From contig CBDBCF010000002.1 of NCBI GenBank assembly GCA_965202985.1, forward strand, positions 672,001 through 736,000: 64,000 bases of DNA, read 5' to 3'. How positions within the stretch are numbered: the first letter of the stretch is position 1; each line of letters opens with the position of its first letter. Shown piece after piece: positions 1-10,279 of this stretch. Made by a program: the position numbers and the translations under genes. The notes beneath the pieces are model-generated. The model was given only the letters and a program-made list of their open reading frames with translations. It had not been told where the DNA came from and did not search any database. Source of the DNA: Longimicrobiales bacterium (GTDB lineage Bacteria > Gemmatimonadota > Gemmatimonadetes > Longimicrobiales > Gaopeijiaceae).

Positions 1-560
1 GCGTAGGCGATGTAGAACTTGGAGTACTGGCCGGTGAAGTCCTCGTGGTGCAGGTGCAGCCAGTCGTACCGGCTCACGTCGCCTTCGAGCACCTCCGGGT
101 CCCATATCTCCTCGTAGGGGATCTCGGCGTAGTCCAGGGCCATCGTGACGGCGTCGTCCCACGGCGCGCTGTTGGGCGGCGTGTAGATCGCGATCTCGGG
201 GGCCTTCTCCAGCACGACCGACTCCATGTTGGAGGACGCGACAACGCCCCGGATGCGCGCCTCCTCGGCGGGTGCTACGGGCTGCCACGAGACGCCCATC
301 AGCGCCGCCCGCCTCCGCACGCGCTCCGTGTCCGGCAAGAAGAAGGAGCCGCCCCGGTAGTTGAGCAGCCATTCGGCCCGGCCCCCGTCGGTCAGAACCG
401 AGTACGTCAGTCCGTACGCCTTGAGGTGGTTCGTCTGCGACCGGTCCATGGGCACCAGGATCGACTGCGCCGAGGCTGCACCGCCCCCGCCGCCGGCGAC
501 GGAGGCAAGGAAGCAGGCCAACAACAGCCGGCACGTCGTCTTCACGGGGAACTGTCGCAC
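1..560 (-). CDS. Secreted protein of the family often auto-annotated 'asparagine synthetase B' (glutamine amidotransferase-like fold); runs off the window start
   Basis: Manual minus-strand translation (not in ORF track): signal peptide, then ILVPMDRSQTNHLKAYG, EWLLNYRGGSFF, PWDDAVTMALDYAEIPY, YDWLHLHHEDFTGQYSKFY. Start GTG 560 or 545. Confidence 0.7.
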   Translation of the reverse strand, partial: MRQFPVKTTCRLLLACFLASVAGGGGGAASAQSILVPMDRSQTNHLKAYGLTYSVLTDGGRAEWLLNYRGGSFFLPDTERVRRRAALMGVSWQPVAPAEEARIRGVVASSNMESVVLEKAPEIAIYTPPNSAPWDDAVTMALDYAEIPYEEIWDPEVLEGDVSRYDWLHLHHEDFTGQYSKFYIAY

Positions 561-759
561 CGGTGCAATCTACCGTCCGCGAGGCGCCGGTTCAACGAGC
601 GTGGGAGGCCAGCCGCTGGCCAAGCTGCGAGGACGCGTTCGCCAGGACGCCTTCGCGGCGACCGACCCCGGTGTTCCTTCCCGAGAAGGCGCGTTTCCTT
701 GCTTCTTCGGTACCGGGGTCCATAGTGTGGCGAACCCAGATCCCCGAAGGGAGGATGCG

Positions 760-2040
760 ATGGAACCGGAGACCGGCTTCTTCGAGGCGCTCGCCAACGT
801 TGTGCCCGAACTACGCAGGCGCACGCGGCGGCGGCGAACCCAACGCCCCCGGAGGCTCGAACTGAGTCCGGCCTCGGCGGGCCGCTGCCTCGTCCTTGCC
901 TGGCTGACGGCCGCCGGGTGCGGGGACCTGCCGGACGCGCACCCGTCCGATGGAAACCCGTTGCCGCTCGTGGGCGGGACGCCGCTCGTGTTGCGTCCGG
1001 TCGGCGAGGTTCAGCACGACTTCATGCACGTCACCGATGTCGAAGTGGGTCCGGAAGGTCGGGTGTTCGTGGCCGATTGGAGCGCCAAATCGGTGTGGGC
1101 GGCGACCCCGGACGGCCAGATGATCGGCCAACTGACCGGCGGAGACAGCCTTTTCTCGTTCAACTCCATTGCGGACATGGCCGTCGCCGGCGACACGCTC
1201 TACGTGCTGGACAACGGATTCGACCGCATCCACTTGTTCGCGCTGAACTCCGAGGGAACGCCCTGGGCCCGGACGATCGCCTTGACCGACCCGGCCTTGG
1301 ACGCCTTCGGGCGCATTGGAATCGGACCGAACCGGGCGATCATGGTGCAGGCAAGGCCCCCGTCGGGCGCGACGCCAAATCAGCCGGCCAGGGAGTTCGG
1401 CCTTCACCGGGTCGCCGACGACGGCTCTTCGTTGGGGACGCCGTTGCTCACGTTGCCGGCCGACGAGATGCTCGTGACCACCAGCGAAGAGTACGGCACC
1501 GTCGTTGAACCGATGCCCTTCGGAAAGAAGTCCTTCGTGGTGTTCGGCGACGACGGCGCGGTCTTCCACCTTTGGACGGAGAACTCGTCGGTGACCGCGC
1601 ACGACGCCACCGGCCGTCTCTTGTACACCGTGCCGTTTTCGGAGTCGCCCGTTCGTTCGGTTGCGCAGCAAGACGTCGACGCCCTCGTCGCGTCCATGGA
1701 ATCGGAGGGCGGCGGCGGCTTTCTTGCAAAGCTGCGGGCCGACCGGACAGCCCAGGCGGCCGAGGACGGGCTGTTGCCGGCGTCTTGGCCGACCGCCAAG
1801 AACTTGGTCGGCGACGACTTGAGAAGGCTGTGGATCGTCGTGTCCGCCGAAGGTACGGATCGGGTGCTCGTCGCCGATCTGCGGGCGGTCCGCGACGTTG
1901 GCGCGGGCGTACTGCACGAAGGCGCCCTTCCCTTGGGCAGCGACCTTCACGCCGTCGCGAACGATCGGGCGTATCTGGCGACGATCGGTCCCGACAACAG
2001 ACAGCGCGTCGGCATATTCGCCGTCGAATCGCAACCGTGA
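760..2040 (+). CDS. 6-bladed beta-propeller (NHL/TolB-like) lipoprotein
   Basis: GGAGG RBS before ATG 760; lipobox-like LTAAGC; blade motifs DVEVGPEGRVFVAD, DTLYVLDNG, PMPFG, DDLRRLWI. True start uncertain. Confidence 0.75.
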   Translation: MEPETGFFEALANVVPELRRRTRRRRTQRPRRLELSPASAGRCLVLAWLTAAGCGDLPDAHPSDGNPLPLVGGTPLVLRPVGEVQHDFMHVTDVEVGPEGRVFVADWSAKSVWAATPDGQMIGQLTGGDSLFSFNSIADMAVAGDTLYVLDNGFDRIHLFALNSEGTPWARTIALTDPALDAFGRIGIGPNRAIMVQARPPSGATPNQPAREFGLHRVADDGSSLGTPLLTLPADEMLVTTSEEYGTVVEPMPFGKKSFVVFGDDGAVFHLWTENSSVTAHDATGRLLYTVPFSESPVRSVAQQDVDALVASMESEGGGGFLAKLRADRTAQAAEDGLLPASWPTAKNLVGDDLRRLWIVVSAEGTDRVLVADLRAVRDVGAGVLHEGALPLGSDLHAVANDRAYLATIGPDNRQRVGIFAVESQP

Positions 2041-2192
2041 ACCGCCGATTCGCGATACGACCACGTTTCTGGGCGTGCGTCCAGTCTGCGCCGCCGTTGC
2101 GACGAGTGTTCGCCGACAAGGTCCTCGGCGAGTCGATCGGCGTCTTTGGCACGCCTGCGTTCGTGTTGGAGGCCGTTCTGGCAAAGCCATAA
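2037..2192 (+). pseudogene. Remnant resembling the C-terminus of a DsbA/thioredoxin-fold protein
   Basis: GTGA overlap with upstream stop; 51 aa FWACVQS...RRVFADKVLGESIGVFGTPAFV with DsbA-like GV.GTP.F cis-Pro motif; no CxxC part. Confidence 0.5.
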
Positions 2193-2197
2193 GCCGG

Positions 2198-3451
2198 ATG
2201 CCGTCCGGTCGCGCTCGACGTCGCCGGGCCGTCCCGGCTTGCTGGCTGATCCTTGTCGGGGCCGCAGGTTGCGACGGGGCCTCAAGGTCGGGCGGCGCGG
2301 GATCGGGCGGGGCCGCCGAGTTGGGCGAATCGGTCGCCCTGGGCACGCCCTTCGTCGAGGGCGCGCCGCTGACCTTCTCGGAGGTTCGCAGCATTCGCCA
2401 CTCCTTCGGCAGGGTCGCCAGCGTGGCCGTGGGCGGGGACGGCGCCGTGTACGTGGGGGACCGTCAAGCGCTCACGGTTTGGCAGTTCGACTCCGCGGGC
2501 GTGCTGGTCGACTCCATCGGGGCCGAGGGAGACGGTCCGGGCGATTTTCGGAACATCACCAGCGTTCAGTTTGTCGGGGATCGCTTGCTCGTCTTCGATG
2601 GGTCTCTCAAACGCCTGACTTCTTTCGACGGGAAGGACCCCGGCGATATCCGAACAACGACGTTCCGAGTACTGCGAGGAACTGCATTTGCATGGGCGAT
2701 GGACGACGGCCAAGTCGTGGCGGGCGCGCAGTCGGCGCTTGCCGTGGGCCACGATACGCCGACGGATTCGACGACGGTTCATCTCGTATCGGAAGGCGGG
2801 ATCGTCGAGTCGTGGGGCGACACCCTGTTCTCCCTTCCCAGAAACGAATCCCTGATCTTTAACCGTCCAGGCTTCGTCTGGGCCAGGCCGATGCCGTTCG
2901 CGCGTCGCTCATGGGTTCAAGCAGGAAGCGGCGGGACCGTGTTCTACTTGTGGTCGGGCGCCCCCGAGATTCTGGCGTTCAGCCCGGAGACCTCCGCTTG
3001 GGACACGTTGCCGCTGCCGCCGGGACTCGGACGCCCGGTCAAGGACCAGGCCTACGTCGCCCTCTACGCGTCGATCGATCGAGAAGACCCAAGCCCGGGC
3101 CTCACGAAACGGATGATCGCCGAGGCGCGGGCTGCCGGTCGCACGCCACCGTCCTGGCCCGTGGCGTCGGGGTTGTTGGCGGACGATTCGAACCGACTGT
3201 GGGTCACGCTGATCTCCGAAGACGACGTGATCCGGGCGTTGGAAACAGGCGAGTACGGGTACGGCCCGCAGGACGGAGGCGGTTCCCATCTGCTGGTCTT
3301 CGACTTGGCGAACGGGACGACTCACGTGGGGCGCGCACCGGCGCGCGGCAACATCGAGGCCGCGAGCGGCGAGCACGTGTACTTGCTGGCAATCGGCCCC
3401 AGCGGCGAGGAGTACCTTCGGCAGTTCCGCGTGCGGGCAGGCCCGAGCTAA
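2198..3451 (+). CDS. 6-bladed beta-propeller lipoprotein
   Basis: Lipobox VGAAGC; IGAEGDGPGDF motif; PMPFARRS; LLADDSNRLWV. Paralogous to 760..2040. Confidence 0.8.
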   Translation: MPSGRARRRRAVPACWLILVGAAGCDGASRSGGAGSGGAAELGESVALGTPFVEGAPLTFSEVRSIRHSFGRVASVAVGGDGAVYVGDRQALTVWQFDSAGVLVDSIGAEGDGPGDFRNITSVQFVGDRLLVFDGSLKRLTSFDGKDPGDIRTTTFRVLRGTAFAWAMDDGQVVAGAQSALAVGHDTPTDSTTVHLVSEGGIVESWGDTLFSLPRNESLIFNRPGFVWARPMPFARRSWVQAGSGGTVFYLWSGAPEILAFSPETSAWDTLPLPPGLGRPVKDQAYVALYASIDREDPSPGLTKRMIAEARAAGRTPPSWPVASGLLADDSNRLWVTLISEDDVIRALETGEYGYGPQDGGGSHLLVFDLANGTTHVGRAPARGNIEAASGEHVYLLAIGPSGEEYLRQFRVRAGPS

Positions 3452-3477
3452 CGGAGCACGCCTGCGTGGGGGCCCCG

Positions 3478-4248
3478 TCATGGTGCCGGAGGCGCTCGAC
3501 GCGCCAACGCCACGATGCGAGGGAACACGTCCCAAGCCTCAATTGTGAACACCATGTCCCCGTCCACGACTGCCTCGTTCGCAAAGTGAGGAAGGACTTC
3601 GGTTTCCAAGTACTCCCCAGACTGCACGTCGAACTTGTCCAGCAACCGGCCGCGCCCCGGAGTCTTGCCGCTGAACAGGACGAACAGCGTGTCCGCGACC
3701 ACGGACAGCGATACCCCTGCCCTGACTGGGCGCCTCATCATGTGCGAAGAACGCCCTCCAAGAGGCCCGCTCCGCACCTCTCGCACCTCCGGGAAATCCA
3801 CGTGCTCGACGTATGGGAAGACGCCCCGCAACTCGGCGCCCCGGAACTTCATCCAGCCATTGTTGCCCGAGTCGACCAGCACCACCGACCCGTCCGGTGC
3901 GACGTCCAGCGCCTGGACGTTCGCCAACTCGCCCGGCCCCTCGCCCTTGGTGCCCCAGGACCACAGCAACTCGCCGTCCGACCCGATCCGGTAGGCGGCC
4001 TGGTTCAGCACGTCAAAGAAGACCACCCCCTGCGCACCGTCCGCGCGAGGCATGATCGGGCTTGCAAGCACTGTGTCCGCCGGCCCGCCGAACGCCCAAA
4101 GCGTGTCGAGCGTCACCGACGACCGAACCCGATCCACGTCGTCGGCCGACGAGAACAACGCCTGCGCCACTACCGGCCTTTCGCCGCCACCGCACGCCAG
4201 CACCAAAAGAAGCGAAACGAGCACCGTATCCCTGATCCGTGTCTTCAT
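3478..4248 (-). CDS. 6-bladed beta-propeller lipoprotein, short (256 aa), probably internally deleted
   Basis: RBS AAGGAGG; lipobox LVLAC; WGTKGEGPGEL motif; much shorter than the other propellers in the window. Confidence 0.65.
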   Translation of the reverse strand: MKTRIRDTVLVSLLLVLACGGGERPVVAQALFSSADDVDRVRSSVTLDTLWAFGGPADTVLASPIMPRADGAQGVVFFDVLNQAAYRIGSDGELLWSWGTKGEGPGELANVQALDVAPDGSVVLVDSGNNGWMKFRGAELRGVFPYVEHVDFPEVREVRSGPLGGRSSHMMRRPVRAGVSLSVVADTLFVLFSGKTPGRGRLLDKFDVQSGEYLETEVLPHFANEAVVDGDMVFTIEAWDVFPRIVALARRAPPAP

Positions 4249-4290
4249 TCATGTTCCTCCTTCTTGACGTCCAGCACCTGGGCGAGCCAT

Positions 4291-6135
4291 CTACCGCAAG
4301 CGGCGCAGTTCGCGACGGGCTCCGGGCGCGACGGGGCTTGACGGGTGCGAGACGATCAGGCGCTCCAGTAGGGACACGGCCTCGCTTTTTCCGCCGGCGC
4401 GGGCAGCCAAGCTCCGGGCCAGCTCCAGGGCGGCTTCCGGGAACTCGGGAGAGTCGGGATGATCGGCCACGATCCTTCGGCGAAGCGTCTCTGCGACGTC
4501 GGCAGTCTCCGCGATGTCGGCCAAGCGGGCACCCATGGCGAGGGCCGTGGGCTGGTCCGTTGCCGGCAGCGCATCGGCGCCCTCGGCCAACAACCGGGCG
4601 CCGTTCTCGGGGTCTCCGCGTCGGGCGGCCACGGCGGCGGCGGCCACCAAGCGCGCTCCGCCCGGCGACAACCGGCCGAGCGCCATCGCCAACTCCAGCG
4701 CTTCCGTGGCCTCCCCGGGTTCCAGTTCGGGCAACGAGGTCTGCAACGCCTCGGCGGCCTCGGGGAACGCGCCGCCCTCCAAGAGCAGGAATGCCCGCTC
4801 CTGGGCCGCCCCCGCTCCCTCAATGCCGTCCAACACCTCCATGGCGGCCCCTCGCTGGCCCAGCGCCAGGAGCCGGGACGCCAGGGCGGCCGACAACTCG
4901 TCCAGCACGTCGGCCTCCGGGTACTCGTCCCGGAACGTTCCCAGCGCTTGGGCGACCTCGGCGGGGTCTTCGGCGGCAACGCGAACTTCCAGCTCCCGCG
5001 TCCACGCCTCTTGCCGCTCCCGAGACTCGGCAGGCCAGCTGTCCCGGACCCGCGCCAACGCCGCCAGCGCCGTGGCCGTGTCGGTCGCGGACAATGCGGC
5101 TTCCGCCAGCCGCTCGTCGGCGGAGCGGGCCTCGCCGGCGACTTCCGCCGTGGCCCCCAACCGCTGGTACGCCCACACGGCGCCGTCAAAGCGGCCCAGG
5201 TCCTCCGCCTTCCGGGCAAAGCCGCGCAGGAACCCACGCGCCTCGGGACGCCGAAGCCGCGCCAGGGCCGCTTCCGCCAAGGCGACCGCGTCGTCGACCA
5301 TCCCTTCGCGCAGGGCCAGCTCGGCGCCGGACTCCAGCCGGGCGACCGTGGCGGGCGCGGCCCCCAGGTCGCTCACCAAGCGGCCCGCCACCGCCTCGCG
5401 CGTCGAACCCAGGTCGGCCACCCGCCGGAAGATCTCCCCCGCGACGGCTCGGTCGCGACCGAGCGCCCGGCCCCACGCCTGGGCGCCACGGTCCAAACGG
5501 CCCGCCGCCAGGTGCACGGTTCCCATCTCCACGAGCAACTGGGGTGGTTCCCCAAGGGCGCGCAGCCCCTCTTCCAGCAACGCCGTCGCGACGCCGCCCC
5601 CGAAGTGCTCGAGCAGGGCGCGCGCGCCCTCCCGATACGGCTCGGTCGAGCCCGGATTCGCGCGGGTCCACTCGGTCACCGCTTCCTCGACTTCGGCCCT
5701 GGACCCGTTCTCGGCCACCACCCGCACCCTCAGCGCCCAGATCGCGTCCGCGGAGGGTTCGGCATCCAGGTAGGCGTCCACGACAGGCAGCACGTCCCGG
5801 GGCCGGCCCGCCGTCTTGAACACCCGCTCCAGCGCAAACACGGCGGGCGAGGACCCCGGCCGGCGCCGAAGCAACTCTCTCAGCGTAGCCTCGGCGCCGT
5901 CCAGGTCGCCCTCGGCCTCTTGAGCGGCAGCCTCGCGCAACAGACGGTCCTCCGCCCGCGGCAGCGTGCGCTGCAACGCGCAGACCGGGCCGGCCAGGGC
6001 GGCTCCGGCTAGGACCCAACCGAGCCCGACCATCGCCGCGGCCCCAAACCCGCGTCGGCGGGACGACGCTCGGGAACAGCGCCTCGCGACGACCGCCGCC
6101 AGCCTCGGGGGAGAACCGAGTAGCCCTCCGGTCAT
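4291..6135 (-). CDS. Tetratricopeptide-repeat (TPR) secreted protein
   Basis: Signal-like N-terminus; Ala/Leu/Glu/Arg helical repeats; C-terminal IVADHPDSPEFPEA...LIVSHPSSPVAPGARREL TPR pattern. Confidence 0.75.
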   Translation of the reverse strand: MTGGLLGSPPRLAAVVARRCSRASSRRRGFGAAAMVGLGWVLAGAALAGPVCALQRTLPRAEDRLLREAAAQEAEGDLDGAEATLRELLRRRPGSSPAVFALERVFKTAGRPRDVLPVVDAYLDAEPSADAIWALRVRVVAENGSRAEVEEAVTEWTRANPGSTEPYREGARALLEHFGGGVATALLEEGLRALGEPPQLLVEMGTVHLAAGRLDRGAQAWGRALGRDRAVAGEIFRRVADLGSTREAVAGRLVSDLGAAPATVARLESGAELALREGMVDDAVALAEAALARLRRPEARGFLRGFARKAEDLGRFDGAVWAYQRLGATAEVAGEARSADERLAEAALSATDTATALAALARVRDSWPAESRERQEAWTRELEVRVAAEDPAEVAQALGTFRDEYPEADVLDELSAALASRLLALGQRGAAMEVLDGIEGAGAAQERAFLLLEGGAFPEAAEALQTSLPELEPGEATEALELAMALGRLSPGGARLVAAAAVAARRGDPENGARLLAEGADALPATDQPTALAMGARLADIAETADVAETLRRRIVADHPDSPEFPEAALELARSLAARAGGKSEAVSLLERLIVSHPSSPVAPGARRELRRLR

Positions 6136-9100
6136 CTGCGATTCCCCGCCGCCGGGTCGCCGCCGTTCAGCCGCTGGAAGTAGCGCACCACCATGGCCCG
6201 CTGGGCCGGCGGCAGGGCCCGAAGGACGTCGCCGCCCGGAAGGCGGTAGCGCAGCGCGTCCACGTCGGCGCTGTCCAGCGGCCCGGCCGCGGCGCGGACG
6301 AACGCTCCGGGCGTCTCCGATTCGCGGTCCTCCGATTCCTCGTCGCGCTCCAACGTGCGCCCAGCGTCCAGCAGTCGATGAAACAGACGTTCCTGACGCC
6401 GCAACACCTCGGGGTCCAGCCGCCCTTCGGCCATCGCCTCCGCCAGCCGGCGCGCCTCGTCCGCAAGCGCCGACAGGTCGCCCAGCGGGTCGGCCTCTTC
6501 GCCTTGACCGTCCTCGGCGACGTCGCCCAGCTCCTGGGCCACCTCTTCCTGACGGCCGGCCATCTCCTCCATCCGCCGGTCCAGGGCCTCCTGGGCCAGC
6601 TGCATGGGCGACATGGACGCCGCGTCCTGCATGATCTCGCCCTGGGCCTGGGCCAGCTGCTGCAGTTGCTGCATCATCTGCTCCGACGCGGACGCCGAGG
6701 CCGATCCCTGGGCCTGGCCCTGCTGCCCGGAGACGATGGCAAGCCGGGCGACCTCGTTCAGGGATCGAACCGCCGCTTCGGCGCTGGCGGCGGGGGACCG
6801 TCCCCTGCCCCGCCGGCTCTCCATGGCCCGAATCGCACCGTCCACGTGCTCCATAGCCTGTCCCGCCGCGGTCAGCAGGTCGCGCGCGCCCGGGGCGGCC
6901 ATCTCCGTCTCGGCGGCGTAGCTCTCGACCAAGTTTCGGATGCCTTGGGCGATGGCGGCCTCGTCGCCCCGAAGGGCCGCGAGTTCGGAAGCCGGGGCGT
7001 CCGCGATCTCGTCCAGGAGCTCCGACTGTCGGCGGGCCAGCGCCAGCGCGCCCACGGCGGCGCGGCCCACGGCGTCCCGAAGCGCCTGCATCATCTGCTG
7101 CTGCATCTGCATCCGCGCGTCGTCCAGTCGTTCGGACACTTGCGACATGTCCCCGGCGGCCTGCTGCGCCTGCTCGGCGCCGGCACCCGACTGGCCTTGG
7201 GCGGCCTGCGCCGCTGCCTGGGCCATCTGCTGCCTGGCCTGCGACAGCTGATGACGCGCCTCCTGCACGCCGGCGCCCGCGTCCTGTTCGCCCGCCTCCG
7301 CAAGCCGCTGCTGCAGCGTCTCCAGGCGCTCCTGCAACCGCGCCGCTTCGGCCTCCAGCTCGGCCTGCTGTTCCGCCCTCAGCTCCGGGGCACCTTCGCC
7401 TTCGCCGTCCGGCTCGGCCTCGGCACGCGCCGCCTCGGCCGCCATGGCCTCCGCCAGCAACGCCTGTTCCTGCGCCAAGTCCTCGGCCTCCCGGCCGGTC
7501 GCCTGGAAGTCCTGGTCCAGAGCAGCCTGCCTGAACTGCGCTACTGACTCCTCCAGGCGCTGGCGAAGCCGCTCCTGTTCTTCCGCCATACGCTCCATCG
7601 CTTCGCGCAACGCACGGGGGTCCATCTCCTCCAGGGCGTCCGCCTGCGCCGCCAAGTCGTCCGCGTCTTCGCCCGCAGCCGCCTCTTCCAGCAATGTCTC
7701 GAGCCCCTCGATCCGGTCCCGAAGCTCCGGGTCGGCCAGCCCGGCGTCCCGAAGCGCTTCCCGGAGCCTCGCGAGCTCGCGCCGAAGCGAGTCCACCGAC
7801 TCCACGACCCGGCCTTGGCGCTCCATGGCCCGGGTGGTCTCTTCGCGATCCCGAAACCCCGGGTCCTCGGCGCGGGAACCCGCGGCGTCCTCCCCGGCGC
7901 GACCCGCGTCCTCGCCCCTGCCCGCCTCCGCCGAAAGCGCCTCCACGCGGTCGGCGGCGTCTTCAAGCTCGGCGTGCGCGGCGCGTTCCAGCTCGGCGGT
8001 CCCCGGCATGCGCAGAATGTGCTCGGCGGTCTGGGCGACTTGGCTCGAAGGATGGTTGTCCACGGCGCGCGCCAAGTACCGGATCGTGTCGCCCGGCGAG
8101 AGGCCCCACGCAGTCATGTCCAGCACCGGACGGACGACGGCGCCCGGGACCGAGCCCAGCTCCACGCCCCTCGTGACCGGATCGCCGGCCTCGCCGAACG
8201 CGGTGATCCGTCGCGCCACGATCTCCACGCGACGCACTCCGTAGTCGTCCTCCACGCGCACGACCAGCGGCTGCCTCAGGTTCACAGGCGCCAAGGTGTC
8301 GGGCTCCGGATACGCTATCTCGACGCGCGGCGCCCGGTCGGCCGCGACCTCGATCAGCAGCGGCGGCGGCGCAGTCGCGGCGGCCCCTCCGGCAGCATCC
8401 TCGAACTGCCAAGCGTACGTGCCGGAGCGCTCGGGCACCCACCGGCCCTCGAAGCGGTCGTCCTCCACACGGAACTCCAGCACGCTCTGCCCTTCGGCGT
8501 CCACGAGCGCACCGCTGCCGATCGCTCGGCTTCCCCTTCCCCGGACCGACAGGACCGTGCCCGCCGGCAAGGCCAGCGGTGGCGCTTCGTCCCGGTACTC
8601 GGCGGCGGCGATCCCGGTGTGGGGCGGATAGGTCGCTTCCAGCACGAACGAGGCCACGAACAACGGGTCCACCGGCGACAGCACGTAGAGCGGGCTCCGG
8701 GCGCCGTCGGGCGCCTCGGCCCAGTAGCGCGTCTCGGCGGTCGCCGGCGGCAGCGACGCGCGCCCTTCCCCCGCCGTCAGCCGCACGCCCCGCGCACCCG
8801 CCACCTGCCCCGTCGCTTCCCATCGAAGCAGGGCGCTGTCCCGGAGGGGCGCCCGAACCACGACCTCGACCACGGCGCCTCGGGCCACCTCGGCGGTGCC
8901 GGGCTCGACGGAGACGGGCGGCAACACAGGGGCGGCCAGCACGGCGAACGGGTTCAGCAGGCCCGTCCAGGCGGACAGCGCACGCCCGGGCGCGACCAGG
9001 GCGGCCAGCAAGACAAGCGGCGCCGCGACCGCAACCGCCGCCAGTCCCCGACGAAGCGACGTGGACGCCCGATCGCCCAGCGCGCCGGCAAGCGTGCCCG

Positions 9101-9548
9101 CGTCGCCGCCCAGCCGCTCGCCGGTCAAGCGCAGCGCCAAGTTCCGGAGCGCCGGGGACGTGCCCGGAGGCATGGAGCGCGACAGCTCCAGGCTGCCCAG
9201 CGTCTGGCCCTCGTTCAGTCCGGCCACGGCGTCCATGGCCCGAGTGACGCGGTGGTCCGCCCCCCAGCGCCGCGCCAGACGCCTCCACCAAGCGAGGCCC
9301 GCAAGCACCACGACGAAAGCCGCCCCCGCCATCGCCAGGGGAACCGCACTCCCCGCGCCCCATCCGCGGCTGCCGGCAAGGATCGGCGCCAGGGCCAGCA
9401 AGGCCAGCATCGCCCCGGCGCACCACGCGGCAACGGCCAGCGCAAAGCGGCGCACCACCAAGCGGCGCACGCCAGCAACCGCCCTGACAATCCCCGCGCC
9501 GCCGGAGCTCGCGCCCCCGCCGGGACCCGCGACGACACCCGAACTCAC
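6132..9548 (-). CDS. DUF4175-like membrane-anchored coiled-coil protein
   Basis: N-terminal TM segments; Ig-like region with EDDYG and GDTIRYLARAVDN; long Q/E/M-rich coiled coil; C-terminal RLLDAGRTLE and YFQRL. GTG 9548 overlaps the upstream stop. Confidence 0.75.
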   Translation of the reverse strand: MSSGVVAGPGGGASSGGAGIVRAVAGVRRLVVRRFALAVAAWCAGAMLALLALAPILAGSRGWGAGSAVPLAMAGAAFVVVLAGLAWWRRLARRWGADHRVTRAMDAVAGLNEGQTLGSLELSRSMPPGTSPALRNLALRLTGERLGGDAGTLAGALGDRASTSLRRGLAAVAVAAPLVLLAALVAPGRALSAWTGLLNPFAVLAAPVLPPVSVEPGTAEVARGAVVEVVVRAPLRDSALLRWEATGQVAGARGVRLTAGEGRASLPPATAETRYWAEAPDGARSPLYVLSPVDPLFVASFVLEATYPPHTGIAAAEYRDEAPPLALPAGTVLSVRGRGSRAIGSGALVDAEGQSVLEFRVEDDRFEGRWVPERSGTYAWQFEDAAGGAAATAPPPLLIEVAADRAPRVEIAYPEPDTLAPVNLRQPLVVRVEDDYGVRRVEIVARRITAFGEAGDPVTRGVELGSVPGAVVRPVLDMTAWGLSPGDTIRYLARAVDNHPSSQVAQTAEHILRMPGTAELERAAHAELEDAADRVEALSAEAGRGEDAGRAGEDAAGSRAEDPGFRDREETTRAMERQGRVVESVDSLRRELARLREALRDAGLADPELRDRIEGLETLLEEAAAGEDADDLAAQADALEEMDPRALREAMERMAEEQERLRQRLEESVAQFRQAALDQDFQATGREAEDLAQEQALLAEAMAAEAARAEAEPDGEGEGAPELRAEQQAELEAEAARLQERLETLQQRLAEAGEQDAGAGVQEARHQLSQARQQMAQAAAQAAQGQSGAGAEQAQQAAGDMSQVSERLDDARMQMQQQMMQALRDAVGRAAVGALALARRQSELLDEIADAPASELAALRGDEAAIAQGIRNLVESYAAETEMAAPGARDLLTAAGQAMEHVDGAIRAMESRRGRGRSPAASAEAAVRSLNEVARLAIVSGQQGQAQGSASASASEQMMQQLQQLAQAQGEIMQDAASMSPMQLAQEALDRRMEEMAGRQEEVAQELGDVAEDGQGEEADPLGDLSALADEARRLAEAMAEGRLDPEVLRRQERLFHRLLDAGRTLERDEESEDRESETPGAFVRAAAGPLDSADVDALRYRLPGGDVLRALPPAQRAMVVRYFQRLNGGDPAAGNRR

Positions 9549-10279
9549 GACGCCTGGACGGCCTGCGCCACCGCGAAGACGAAGATGTTCACGCCCATGC
9601 GAAGGGCCGCCTCCCGCGTCTCCTCCGGGTCCTGGTGCACGTCGGCGTCCTCCCAGCCGTCGCCCAGATCGGTCTCGAACGTGTAGAGCACCGCCAGCCG
9701 GCCCTGGTGGAAGATCCCGAACGCCTGGGGCGGCCCGCCGTCGTGCTCGTGTATCTTCGGCAGCCCGTCGGGGAACGCGTACGGCGCGCGAAACATCGCG
9801 TGGTCCGGCGGCAGCTCGACCAGCCGCTTGTCGGGGAACACCTGCGACATCTCCAGCCGAAAGGAGGCGTCCATGCCGTAGTTGTCGTCGGCATGGAGGA
9901 AGCCGCCCGCCAACAGGTGCCGGCGAAGCGCCAGACGTTCTTCGGGGGTGAAGCGGACGTTGCCGTGACCTGTCATGTAGAGGAAGGGATAGTCTCGGAG
10001 CGACGGGTCGCCGGGCGCCACGGTGGCCTCCTGCCCGGCGGTGGGGATCCCCGTTCGCTCCCGGACGGCGGCCATCAGGTTGGGAAGGGACGACGGGTTC
10101 GCGTACCAGTCTCCGCCGCCGTCGTACCGCAGCCGGGCGATGGCGACCGGCCCACGGCCCTGCGCGACGCCCTCCGCCGGCGCCGCCGATTCCGCCGCCC
10201 AGGCAACCATGAAGACCACCGGGGCGCGCATTGCCCGACCGACCGCTCGGGATCGGCGCGACGACGAGGCGCCCCTCAT
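9545..10279 (-). CDS. DUF4159 domain protein
   Basis: IARLRYDGGGDWYANPSSLPNL, YPFLYMTGHG, GGFLHADDNYG, PKIHEHDG, DLGDGWED. ATGA overlap with the rsmI stop. Confidence 0.85.
   Translation of the reverse strand: MRGASSSRRSRAVGRAMRAPVVFMVAWAAESAAPAEGVAQGRGPVAIARLRYDGGGDWYANPSSLPNLMAAVRERTGIPTAGQEATVAPGDPSLRDYPFLYMTGHGNVRFTPEERLALRRHLLAGGFLHADDNYGMDASFRLEMSQVFPDKRLVELPPDHAMFRAPYAFPDGLPKIHEHDGGPPQAFGIFHQGRLAVLYTFETDLGDGWEDADVHQDPEETREAALRMGVNIFVFAVAQAVQAS

Noticed and set aside
760..880. Chimeric N-terminal extension on the first propeller (about 50 aa before the lipobox)
   Set aside because: Could be a fused remnant or just a wrong start call; cannot be resolved without homologues.
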